Assembly (NCBI GenBank): GCA_002633005.1
Contig: NMRA01000001.1
Span: 4,010,102 to 4,074,101 of the forward strand
From: Phoronis australis
Lineage: Eukaryota > Animalia > Phoronida
Direction: 5' to 3'
Length of the DNA stretch: 64,000 bases
Below, piece after piece: positions 13,242 through 24,520 of this stretch; the stretch's first letter is position 1; every line of letters starts with the position of its first letter. The notes beneath the pieces were generated by a model that was not told the DNA's origin, did no database searches, and saw only the letters and a program-made list of their open reading frames with translations. Position numbers and translations under genes: made by a program.

Positions 13242-14624
13242 TTCAAACCAACTGTATCGTCTGCTATACATCATTTCCTCCGACACATAACTTCGAACGT
13301 CACAAGCTACTAATAGTTACTCTACTCGCATCATGAAATCTGGCAAATAGAAGGTGAACAATACCTGTGTTATGCTGTGTATTGAATACTTAAGTGCGCG
13401 CTGCATGATTTTCATAACACTTTTATAGATATTTCATCAGAATTTGAATGACTCGTGGTGAGATAGACAAAGATTTCTGATTTCCCAGTAAACTCATCTG
13501 CTGCATTTCAATAATATGACAATAATCCTGTGACGTTTGAACAAAAATAGTTAATATACGTTTTATAAGCATAAACCTATTACCGTAAACTCTGGCTCAA
13601 AAACAGAATCTTTGACCGACAAATGTTTAAACATAAGTGAACGATGCATGATTTTATCTTTTTGCTAAAGATCTCTATGGAACAAAAGCGTTAAAAGTCG
13701 CGGGGAGTTGTATACGCATTACACGTTTGTTAGTCAGTCTCGTGTGATTTCTTGCCCTTCTGGGGCAGTAAGAAAGAAACTAAATTCAGAGCCGTCTAGG
13801 GTGAAACGTAATATCATGTAAAGAAGAATTAAAAGGAACATGCATCCACCATGACAAAGTTTTGGTTAGAAAATATAACTATTACCAGTGACATGGATTT
13901 AATTCCAAAGCTTATAACGCATTCATAAATCTGTAAATGAATGGACTATTTTTTCATTACATTCACCCAACAGGAGTTCGATTTTAGAGCAGCAAAACCA
14001 TGAATCCATGAATTTTGTTGATAATGGAAAAAACAAAAAACAACATGTGTTTATTTTTTCTAGCACTAGCTAATACTTTTTGGAAAATCTATGAAAATTA
14101 GGACTATAACACGGGTAGTACATGTGGGTATCAATTCTGTAGATGCAAAGCACTCTCGAAAACACAAAATCACGCAAGTGAAACACGTGACCACACTAGC
14201 TTTGGTCGCAAGGTTCTTGCGTTTACGGAACAAACCAATGATACAATCACAAAGTTGATTAACATTGACTAGCGCCTGGGAGCTTACTGAGATAGTCGTT
14301 TATGTAGATCTGAGTATATACGTATGAATGCTCATTACGGTGCCCAAAATAGATGCACAGTTTCAGTATTGGGCACAATTGTGGTTTAATAATTTTAAAT
14401 GTGCTAATTTCTACGATGAGCCGACGTGACTTTGTAAAACACCACGGGCCTGACAGAACGACGTCAGAACAACCAAGCATTACTTTCTTATTCGGAAAAA
14501 AACGGTTTCAAAATGGACACCATATTTGATTATGGCAACAGGAAAAAATCAATCAAACAATAGATAAAGTAATTAATACTATATAATTTTGTTTTTACAA
14601 ATCGCGGCATTGATATGGTGTAAG

Positions 14625-14830
14625 TAAGAATTATCAATCGTCTTACACGCCATGTTTTTTGTATCACGTGACCTATAGTAAGTCTGAAAAGATCTCTGTC
14701 CCGTCTGGGGCTCGAGGCCGAAACTTTCTGCTAATCGTGCCCTGGTCGGGATAGAGATCTTTTCAGACTTACCTATAGGAAATGCGATGTGACCAGCAGA
14801 CGGCGTGTGAGAATAATTTTTTCTTATCGT
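14625..14830. repeat. Palindromic element (MITE-like)
   Basis: Arms 14672-14703 and 14747-14779 are nearly perfect reverse complements; weaker outer arms cttacacgcc / ggcgtgtgag. Confidence 0.75.
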
Positions 14831-15396
14831 TAAGTCTGTCAGAGGTTACTGGAACACAAAGCTCCATGAGCCAGAGTAATCTATTAGCACGATTCGAGAT
14901 TTCTGGGCCTACAAAACTTTTATTTCAGGAGATTTTAGTACATACTTTGCAGTGCCATTGTCAATGAGCCGTGGTTTCACTTGCCGAAAGCATTTTATTG
15001 AAACGTACAATTAGAAACCGGCTTCAAAGCGAAAACGAGAAACTCGTCAACCTTACTAGAAATGCTGTCGAAGTGTTTTAAAAATAAATATGAAAATAAA
15101 TTAGCGCGTACTTTGTTCTTCCATCCACAACTCTGCCAAAACCATCAATTAAACTATTGTAATTATGAAGAAATTAACCAGATTTTGATTGGTCTTTTAT
15201 CTGGAAAACACGCATAATGGTCAGAGGTGGCGCTGCATCGGAGTATCTGTTAGCTGGTTGAACTTGTTTGTCGCAAGCTTTCTCATTTCTGAAATCTCTT
15301 TTGACAAATATTTATGTAATCTCTGCCCAGTGATTTCAGTTAGTTCCTTTTGGGATAACTTTTATGAGATACAAAAACAGAAGCACAGCTGTACTG

Positions 15397-15614
15397 CATG
15401 CGCGGGGGCTCGAATTTCCGACGGTGTGGACCTTTTACCGACAAAAAAGCCGAAGGACTAAAAAAAACGGGGTACCACGTCCAGAGCTATGAATTGCGCA
15501 TTTGTGCCTTTTTAGACTACTTTTTGTCTCGTTTTGGCGAACTTTTTGTTTCTCTGAAGCGGACCTTTTAGTCCACTTTGCCAAATGGGGAGGGATCGTT
15601 TGAGCACAAGCATG
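15397..15614 (+). mobile_element. MITE family A, degenerate copy
   Basis: Shares the internal sequence gggctcgaattt...ggtaccacgtccaga...ccactt.gccaaatgggg with the other copies; termini partly deleted. Confidence 0.7.
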
Positions 15615-17278
15615 CTTTTATGTTCAGTAGCTTTAACTATTTCGGTTGACTTCATCCTTGACTGACCATAGTATGTTCACCAGACTTTAATGTTAATGTG
15701 AATGGAGGCAGTGTATGCGAGACAAGTATTAAGCTCACGGTTGAAGCGCCCTCTAACTGTGGATTCTTTACAATGTTGAGACCATTATGGCGGTGTCAAC
15801 ACATGAAGCGTATCAACAGCACAGGTGTATAGCACTCGCGTGATGAACGTGAACGACATTGACGAAATTGCCGAGTTTAATGAAAACTGTGTTAAAAAAT
15901 CTCTGATCTCAACGATAGTCGAATTCACCACAGATTTTTACGAATATAATGTTTGAAGTGTCCAAAACTGGACACTGGTCATTTACAGGGGTATCGGATC
16001 ATGGGAACCAGTTTGATGCCCGTTATTTATTGGAGAAGACTGGTTCTTAAGATAAGGGGTTGCTTTGGTTTTATTCTCTTTGTTTGACTTCCTTTTGCAG
16101 GTGCTGCCAGAAAAATAATCTTGAACTTTTGTTTCTTGGAAATCACATATCATGATGTGTTTGACACTATAAGGGCAGTAGACAATTGGACGCCTCCGAA
16201 ATTCTGGCCTGAAGTGTAAAACCTTTGGGACTTAAGTAGTTCTACCCAGGAACAAGAATAAGATCTAAAAGTTTCGCACTTGTTGCGTAAAATAGAAAAT
16301 AACGAGTTGCAATTTTAGGAAGACACTTTTTGAGAAATTCAAGTTTATGAAACAACTTGAATGGACCCAGTGTGAAGTGATCGTAATTCAAAGAACCAGA
16401 TAGAAAATTTGGAGGCTACTTACCGCCGAATTTATTCTGAGAGCGGAACTCGTCAAATTGAGACTTTTCGACTGAGCGCTACTGACATCGGCGATCAAAA
16501 CATATGAAATGTCCCAACTAAGAAGCAAGAGCCGAAGCGGTTTATTACGTCACAAACTACACCTAGGGACTCCACCCAGACCTCAGTATAACCATAGAAA
16601 ACGAAAACATGTTAGCTTGCCTCATTTCAGTATTTTTGGGAGGTTTGCAAAAATAAATCAAAACGCGTGAAACGTGGTATGGGTATAGGCTACGCCATGA
16701 TGATAATAGCCATATTTTTACCTAATTTTAAATCATGTAATAAAGACACTGTGACAAGATAGCAAAGCTTTGTTTAGATTACAATCTAGGTCTATCACTC
16801 GAAAGGCATTATTTAAGTCAATGACAAATTTTCGAAATTAGTCTCGTTGTTTGTTACTCTTAGTTAAAAATATTCGCTGGTTCAACCAGTTTATCCATTT
16901 GATTGGTTCTGGATGACGATTTCCGGTTTACTAACCAATCACATGTCCTAGCAGGTTGACGCAGCCGAACTGGCGAAGTCAATCAAGGGCAGTCATTGTT
17001 AACTGTGAAGCTATCAGTCGGAGACACTACCAGACGTTCAAACTGAAAATTAAACTTACTGTCTTTAAATATTTTGAGAGTCGATGTGGTGTTGAATAAG
17101 CATCATTTGGAAATAAGTTTGATAAAATTTGCGACGCCAAAAAGAATCTTTGACAGATTTTATGTCTGTCTGACACAATTCCATCTCCCATGATAATTTC
17201 TCTGACAAAATCTAAAAACCGATTAAAATTTATAGAAACAGCCCTATGCAGAAGCGACAGACAAGAAAATGTAACATC

Positions 17279-17284
17279 TTTATT
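17279..17284 (-). terminator. Candidate MCFD2 poly(A) signal (about 2.5-kb 3' UTR)
   Basis: AATAAA on the - strand followed by a GT/T-rich tract; first clear AATAAA I found downstream of the stop. Confidence 0.4.
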
Positions 17285-19756
17285 TTCCATACACATCTGA
17301 ACAAGACCACAGTAACAAAATTCCAATGAGCTTGTGACCAAAATCCATCCATGAGAAACCAATAATACACAACTCCCACGTATCAAAGGGAGCAATAAAA
17401 TTAACCAGCAAAAACCAGTTGGCAATGAAGCTCGTTACAAAAAGCAGAAATTTTCAAGAGATGGGTTTCACAAATGTTTTTAACATTATCCACTGATTGA
17501 TGCATGAGGCCAACAGTATTGATAAAGAATTATACACAGGACGAGGAGATACAGTGCTGTGCTGGCACGGTTAACTGACAGAGGCAACCAGGAAGTGGAC
17601 TTAATCATAACCAGAACAGTGACTTAGAGAATAACAAGTAAAACCAAAAATATTAGGTAAATATTTATAAAATTCAATTAAAATCAGAACCATTCAAAGA
17701 TCGAAATTAAATTTTGACAAATTTTCAATCTCAAGATGAAGACAAACACTAGGGTTCATGTGACCTCTCGAGCAGCTAACCTTCCCCACCCTCATTTACA
17801 AAGATGTTTAGTTATCATGAGACCGAAAAAAGGAGTATACCTTTAAATAGTAAAAGATGGATGAGGGAGGAAGAGTAGCTATCCCCACGTTATGGCTTGG
17901 TTTCTACATGTACTCGCTCAACTCCTACCTATTGCACATTACATTGTCTGGCACATTTAGTAAAGTCACACAACTATCACTTCAAACATCATTGGCCAGT
18001 CAGAACAAAACTGATTAAAAACGCAGTGATGTTGACTTCATGAATGCAAACTCAAATTTGCGATGTAAGGGTCTAGATGTAGGGTAAGGTAAATATGATA
18101 TGAATCGGCATTCGGTACACAAAAATATCGTCTAAATGAATGTTTCCCTCACCATTTCCTCACATACAATTCCACATATTTTTAAGAAAAGGAACACTAC
18201 ACTAATCCCCACATGTGACTGGTCACTCACTACACATCACCAATGTGCCGGCAGCAATTTTTCAGAAAATTAATGTCCAACTGCAAGCACAAAATATTCA
18301 ACTTGAGCTGAAAAATAACTCACCTCCTGACACATTACTGACCCATTCAATAATTTATAAGTTTTCAAGTTTAGTAACTGGAAATTAATGTATCCTCTCA
18401 CATTTCCTCCTCAAAACTCAACTTTTTCTGAAATCATTGGGCGACACGAGTAACATACCACAATTGCAAGTTTTAACTGTTGAAGTCAGCTAATAAAAGT
18501 AAAATGTAACCAAATAATAGTCAAAGCATGTAACCTTATACATATTCAATAGACAAATACAAACTCAACAGTGTCAGGCCTGGTAAAGCTTTGGAACACT
18601 TGTACACTTTTCCTAACATTGCATTTGATCTTTGAGGGTCATCTGAGGTAAAGTTCAACACCGGCAAAATGACAACCACACTCTGGCATTGTAAACCATA
18701 GTTTAATCTGGACACCGAGGTCATTTCACATAAATACCGCCAGTAATAAGGAATGTATGCAATGATATCATTTAGAAATTAAAGCTTCAAAATATCTGAA
18801 GTCTTGATGTTCTTACGTTTCAAATTTTATCAAAATTGTTAAAACGATACGGAGGCTGCTTTAAAAACAGAAGACATGCAACGCTGTTGCTTTGCACTGT
18901 TTTGCAGAGGAAGGTTTCACTTCTACTTGGCATTTTCAGAAAATTGTAGATTTTGAGACAGCAAATTTACGAAGATATGTATTTCCTATCTGAAATTGAG
19001 CTCGTTATGATTGACCATAGTTCAATCTGCAAGCATTGTTTCATTTTTGTATGTATGAGAGCCTAAGTGTACTGGAGTACAGCAGTCTCAAAGGAAAGTC
19101 ACCTTGCCAAACAAACATCTGAATTAAACATCAGAACATAAGCTGAAATGGTGTGACAAATTCACTAAAAAATACCCCCCCCCCCCATATAAGACACTGG
19201 GGGAAGAGTAATGGATGCAAACACGATTATAGCTCATCAGCCCATTGAGATAAAATGTAAAAGATGAAATCAATTATGATGAGAAGTTGGAATGAACAAA
19301 CCTTACACACTGCAAGATGTGATTTACAAAATTTCACAAAACAGGCATCTGTCGATAGTTAACTGCGGTTTATGAATAGCTAAACATAAACAACATGTTT
19401 AAAAACTGTTCGTTTTTGATTCTAACAAAATCTAGGAAAACCAGACATTTGCCCCATACAGGACACTTTTTTCAGTGAAACTATACAGGAGTACATAATT
19501 TTCCTGAAAGTTTAACCATAGGAACAAGATATCAAGACAAAAATGAATATTACATTAAACAGTCCCATAAAACCTCTACACTTTACAGAAGAAATTACAG
19601 AAAAGCCCTACAATATCGAGGGATTCTAAACTCTATCAAAATTCTGCAAGGTAATTATTTCAAGTCTTCTGCAGTACACCCAAACTTAAAACCAGCAAAT
19701 GGATTTTGTGTGGTTTTTTGCCCTCTGTCCTCCTTCCCTCTTTGTTCACATGGCAT

Positions 19757-19908
19757 CTATTGGTTCTTCTTTTGCGTCAGTACATACTCCGAATAGCTGA
19801 TGTATCCATCTTTATCCAGATCACTCTCATCAAGGATCTTTCCGATCATCTCGTCAAAATCGGTATCCGAAAATTTAGGCATTTTCTCTGGATCATTGCC
19901 CTCGTGGT
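19757..19908 (-). CDS. MCFD2: MCFD2 last coding exon (EF-hand 2)
   Basis: Acceptor tttattcgcag|, phase 1. Encodes (D)HEGNDPEKMPKFSDTDFDEMIGKILDESDLDKDGYISYSEYVLTQKKNQ*, with canonical EF loop DLDKDGYISYSE and TAG at 19759-19757. The spliced protein is 161 aa with no KDEL, as expected for MCFD2. Confidence 0.9.
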
Positions 19909-20802
19909 CTGCGAATAAAAACAAGCAACAGTCAGGATTGGCCTAATATGATAACTCTCAATTTACAAAGAGAGTATAGTATGCCTTCTCCCTTTTTTTA
20001 AGGTGATGTATATTGAATGAAGAATACACAGAACATACAAAGAAATAATGACAAACCCAGAAATCGTATCTGGGTTGTAGTGTGCCTTCTCCCTTATCGC
20101 CTTTCTTTCGTTTCACAGAAACCCACCAGCCCTGCAGGCAGGGATTGGAGTATCACTGGCCTGTATAGAGTGTTACGAGGTGGGATCCAGCCAGAATTTC
20201 CCAAGAAGGAGCCCTCGTGAAACGACATGCTGGCGCCAGGCTTTGTTTTTGGTTATACCCCGAGGTGTGCCCGTCGTTCTCCCTATATCTGCCAAAGAAA
20301 TCCTGGAAGAATTGCAAACCAGACTGCTGGTATAATTTACATGTCAGCCAAGGTGAATGTTTGAGAAGAGGATGCCAGATACCACAGCACTGACAACATT
20401 AATACAATGAAGCCATGCACCTTAGAGTCATTACAAGCCAAGCTCTGGAGCCACAACCAACTTTCCTCACAAGCCTATCATGAGCCTGGTTGAAGGCAAT
20501 AACGAGGTGAAAGGTATTAGCAAGCCTAGAGAGTAATTCTTATCTGAACAAGGATTGTGATGAGGCCGATTAAAAAATGGCAAGTGGCTGAAATCAAACG
20601 TCATTCTTTGACTGGGTTTATTGCATTGTTATGTTAACTGATCACTGCACTGAAGATCAGTTATCTTGTATAAGTATTTAGGTATTAATGGTAATCTTAT
20701 AAGGCTTTACATTTTTAACGTATTTTTAGACATTTAGCTAATGCCCTGATGAGTCAATAAGGTCTTACATAACTTTAAGATGCGGCCACTCAGAGCACGT
20801 AC

Positions 20803-20960
20803 CTGTGTGGAAGTGAGTCATTGCATTGATGATCTCAAGACCGTCCAACAAATTGTTGTCGTCTGAATCGTGCACCTTGAAATAATGAAACTGCACCTCT
20901 TCATCAGTCATCTCACTCTCTTTTTTGTCCATAACACCGTCATAATGCTCCATGATATGG
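20803..20960 (-). CDS. MCFD2: Second copy of MCFD2 exon 2 (probably the other allele; assembly duplication)
   Basis: Same peptide as 21608-21765 with one synonymous change (GTG/GTA). Lies inside an 804-bp duplication joined by a single N at 20989. Confidence 0.6.
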
Positions 20961-21607
20961 CTGGAAACAAAGAACCAATCAGAAGCATNATCCAGCCAGA
21001 ATTTCCCAAGAAGGAGCCCTCGTGAAACGACATGCTGGCGCCAGGCTTTGTTTTTGGTTATACCCCGAGGTGTGCCCGTCGTTCTCCCTATATCTGCCAA
21101 AGAAATCCTGGAAGAATTGCAAACCAGACTGCTGGTATAATTTACATGTCAGCCAAGGTGAATGTTTGAGAAGAGCATGCCAGATACCACAGCGCTGACA
21201 ACATTAATACAATGAAGCCATGCACCATAGAGTCATTACAAGCCAAGCTCTGGAGCCACAACCAACTTTCCTCACAAGCCCATCGTGAGCCTGGTTGAAA
21301 GCAATAACAAGGTAAAAGGTATTAGCAAGCCTAGAGAGTAATTCTTATCTGAACAAGGATTGTGATGAGGCCGATTAAAAAAATGGCAAGTGGCTGAAAT
21401 CAAAAGTCATTCTTTGACTGGGTTTATTGCATTGTTAGGTTAACTGATCACTTTATTGAAGATCAATTATCTTGAATACGTTTTTGGTATTACTGGTAAT
21501 CTTATAAAGCTTTACATTTTTAACGTATTTTTAGACATTTAGTTAACGCCTTGATGAGTCAATAAGGTCTTACATAACTTTAAGATGCGGCCACTCAGAG
21601 CACGTAC

Positions 21608-21765
21608 CTGTGTGGAAGTGAGTCATTGCATTGATGATCTCAAGACCGTCCAACAAATTGTTGTCGTCTGAATCGTGCACCTTGAAATAATGAAACTGTA
21701 CCTCTTCATCAGTCATCTCACTCTCTTTTTTGTCCATAACACCGTCATAATGCTCCATGATATGG
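21608..21765 (-). CDS. MCFD2: MCFD2 coding exon 2 (EF-hand 1)
   Basis: [52 protein letters not shown] resembles human MCFD2 HIMEHLEGV...[20 protein letters not shown]. Acceptor ttccag|, donor G|GTACGT; 158 nt, phase 2 to phase 1. Confidence 0.92.
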
Positions 21766-22434
21766 CTGGAAACAAAGAACCAATCAGAAGCATTAACGGT
21801 GAAAGAAAGGACGAATCAGGTGGTTGGAACGGTGAGCAGAGGAACAGTCACAAGGACAGACAGGAATTCAAGCACAACAGGTGGCTAAGAGGTCGTCGCC
21901 AGGTGAAAAAAATCGATGAACATGCACGTAAATTGGCACTTTCATTGTAAATTCTGGCGAGCACGTATTTATCTTTTTTTCTTGTTCAGACAGACATGTG
22001 AAGGAAGGCAAAAAGAGCAGCCAGAGATATGAGTGAAGAACTGAATGAAAAATGATAGTAGGGAAAATAGTAGTGAAAAATGAAAACGAGTCTTGAGTTG
22101 TGGGAGTTTTTAGTTGACAGATCTTGTGCCATGTATTGTGATGTGAAGTGAATATTGTGTTATGATAATTTGCTTTCTGAATAGAGGATACACCTGTCCT
22201 CTGGCTATGACCAGTAAGTCAACTAAGATTAGAGACAACATCGATGGAGGTTGTGTGTACTGAAACAAAAACATGTTTAAAAGAAAATTTGTAATTTTTA
22301 AGTAAAAATACTCTAAACATAAGAGTGGGTACTGTAGTACATATAAAAAGATCAATAAGCAGTTATAAGACTGTAATGATGATATGTATCATCATTCATT
22401 CCCTAATGGTTTAAATTTACACACTGCTACGCAC

Positions 22435-22610
22435 CCTCTGTCTCCTACAATACTGGGATCTTTGAGTCTGTTGACATGCAAAGGATCAGGTTCAGGGATC
22501 TTTTCGGAGATGTCTGGGAATGAGTTGTGTGGATTCTCGTGCGCAAAGCATGAAGTGATGAGTATCCCAAGGGCATAAATGGCTGCCGGTAAGGCAACCT
22601 CTGTGGCCAT
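22435..22610 (-). CDS. MCFD2: MCFD2 coding exon 1 (signal peptide MATEVALPAAIYALGILITSCFA... to ...IVGDRG)
   Basis: Acceptor tgtttcag| at 22622, ATG at 22610, hydrophobic signal peptide, donor GG|GTGCGT in phase 2, matching the next exon. Confidence 0.85.
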
Positions 22611-23641
22611 TGTGAAGATGTCTGAAACATTACAAGAAACATGGTCAACAATTAAACAAATAATTTGCTTTGAGGCCAAGAAATATTGCATAAATAAACT
22701 TTTTAGTGGAGTCCTAAAACTAAGCAAAATAAAATTACTAACTCAAATTATCCACTGAAGTTTCAGGACGGTGGTAAACACAAAAAATGACATTCTAGAT
22801 AAAGTGCCTCAGCACCACTTGTACTGAACACGGACAATAAATTGACCCTTGAAAATAAAGTCGGAAATCATGAAACTCGTCAATGTCACTAGTCAAAGAC
22901 AAGAAGCAGTCTTGAACAATACATGGTAGGCTTGAGTATATGCAGAATGTCATCTGTATCCATCACTCCTATTATTACCAGCCATGCACACACTATACGT
23001 ATACAAACATCAGATGATCTCAATTTAGAACTTAATCATCCATATGAAAAATGACATTGAGCAGATGACTGGTGTTTGTGAGATAAAGGTTGCATATTAC
23101 AAGTACAATTAAGTTTCTGTGGATGTTTCTGTGATACATAAGCATGATTCAGGATCATGTGTACGGTTGCATAAAAAGCCTCTTCATTTTGACATCGTTA
23201 ACAAGAAGTAAACAAGTCTTGTCTACGATTAAATATGAACCATCTACTTAAAACTGCTCTGTATAATTTGAACTTGCAGTTTTTGCACTACAGTTTTTTG
23301 TGCCAGTGAAAGTGCTACCGTACTAACAGTAATTGGGTGCTAGCGAAAACAAAAGTTCTTAAAGAATATGAGAACAGGGTAATAGTGAGTAACATTAAAA
23401 GCAATATGATCACCCCGGCAACCGCTAAGAGGCAATGTTCCTCCTCTAGTCCTCTGCGAATGCTCAAATATATTATGACGAGAGGTTTTACCTTTTATTT
23501 TAAGGCAGTGTTCATGCTTTGGAAATTAAGCTCAACTTTGTTCTGAGGAAACAGCTCAATGGCAAAAGTACGAATATGTACAAATACGACAGAAAACAAT
23601 ACGAATTTTATACACAAGACAACATGAACAATCGAATTCAA

Positions 23642-23802
23642 AGCTATATTTCCCTAGGGCACTGGTTGGATATAGGGGTCCCTGATTGTGAGAACCAGTT
23701 TCATCCACTGAGTAACGGGCCCATTATTCAGTGATTGCCTGGTTCTCAAAATCTGGGACTGTTATATCATATCCACCCAGTGCCTGTCCATAGTATTTAG
23801 CT
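23642..23802. repeat. About 160-bp imperfect palindrome in MCFD2 intron 1
   Basis: Symmetric about GGGCCC at 23717-23722 (ggcactgg.tggatat / atatcca.ccagtgcc; tgagaaccag / ctggttctca). Confidence 0.75.
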
Positions 23803-24334
23803 GCCAAAACCCAAAGCTGCTGAACGTTGCATCAAAGTTGGACAGTTTGTTGCTAGCTCTACATAGGCATTTTCACAGCCAAAGGAACATAAGTATGAAC
23901 AGTATGTAAGGACATGTGCCTTGGTAGACATCAAATTTTGAGTAAAATAAACTGTGACTGGAATGAGAATACAACCAGTGCATGTTAATAATGACTAGAG
24001 CCAGTGGGTTAGTGACAGTGAACATGGCAAAAGCCACCAGCTAGATGCACCGGAGTCGTACTGCAAAGATTAACCTGGTTGACCATAGGCATTGGCAAAG
24101 AGACAAATCACCAGAACTCGCTCAATCGATAGCGAAGACAGAGGTTCGAACTGAAGCCGTGTGACAAAAGTAAGAATCATAGCAAAAACAAGGGCAGATT
24201 TCAAAATAATACACCCTCAACACCACCCTGGAAACTTGATACAGCGTGTGAATTGTCATTAATAGTGGAGTACGTTTATTCACGACCACAGAGACCATTT
24301 TACGAAAACATATTGCACACAAGACGCCACGTAC

Positions 24335-24520
24335 CTAAAACCGGAAGAAAAAGAATTTTTACTGATGAAAACCACAAAAGCCAAACACTACACTAGCGCC
24401 TCTGACGGGGATCCGCAAACGTGACCCAGCCGCTCAATAAGTTACACTCGCGACATTTAGGAAGCTGGCCGGGGAGGTATGCCATATGCATATGTGACTT
24501 TTTTATTTAAAAACTGATTA
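24335..24520 (-). promoter_or_regulatory. Probable MCFD2 non-coding first exon and promoter
   Basis: Strong donor AG|GTACGT at 24334, ETS-like CCGGAAG at 24341 and a CpG-richer patch. The ATG exon starts with an acceptor, so an upstream exon is required. Confidence 0.5.

Larger units (their letters stand above)
20185..21793. other. 804-bp direct duplication joined by N at 20989 (likely uncollapsed alleles)
   Basis: 20185-20988 versus 20990-21793, with scattered SNPs. Confidence 0.85.

Noticed and set aside
16100-16320. Exon-like stretch after a ttttgcag acceptor (AARKIILNFCFLEITYHDVFDTIRAVDNWTPPKFWPEV*)
   Set aside because: Multiple stops, no recognisable family and no partner exons; too weak to call.
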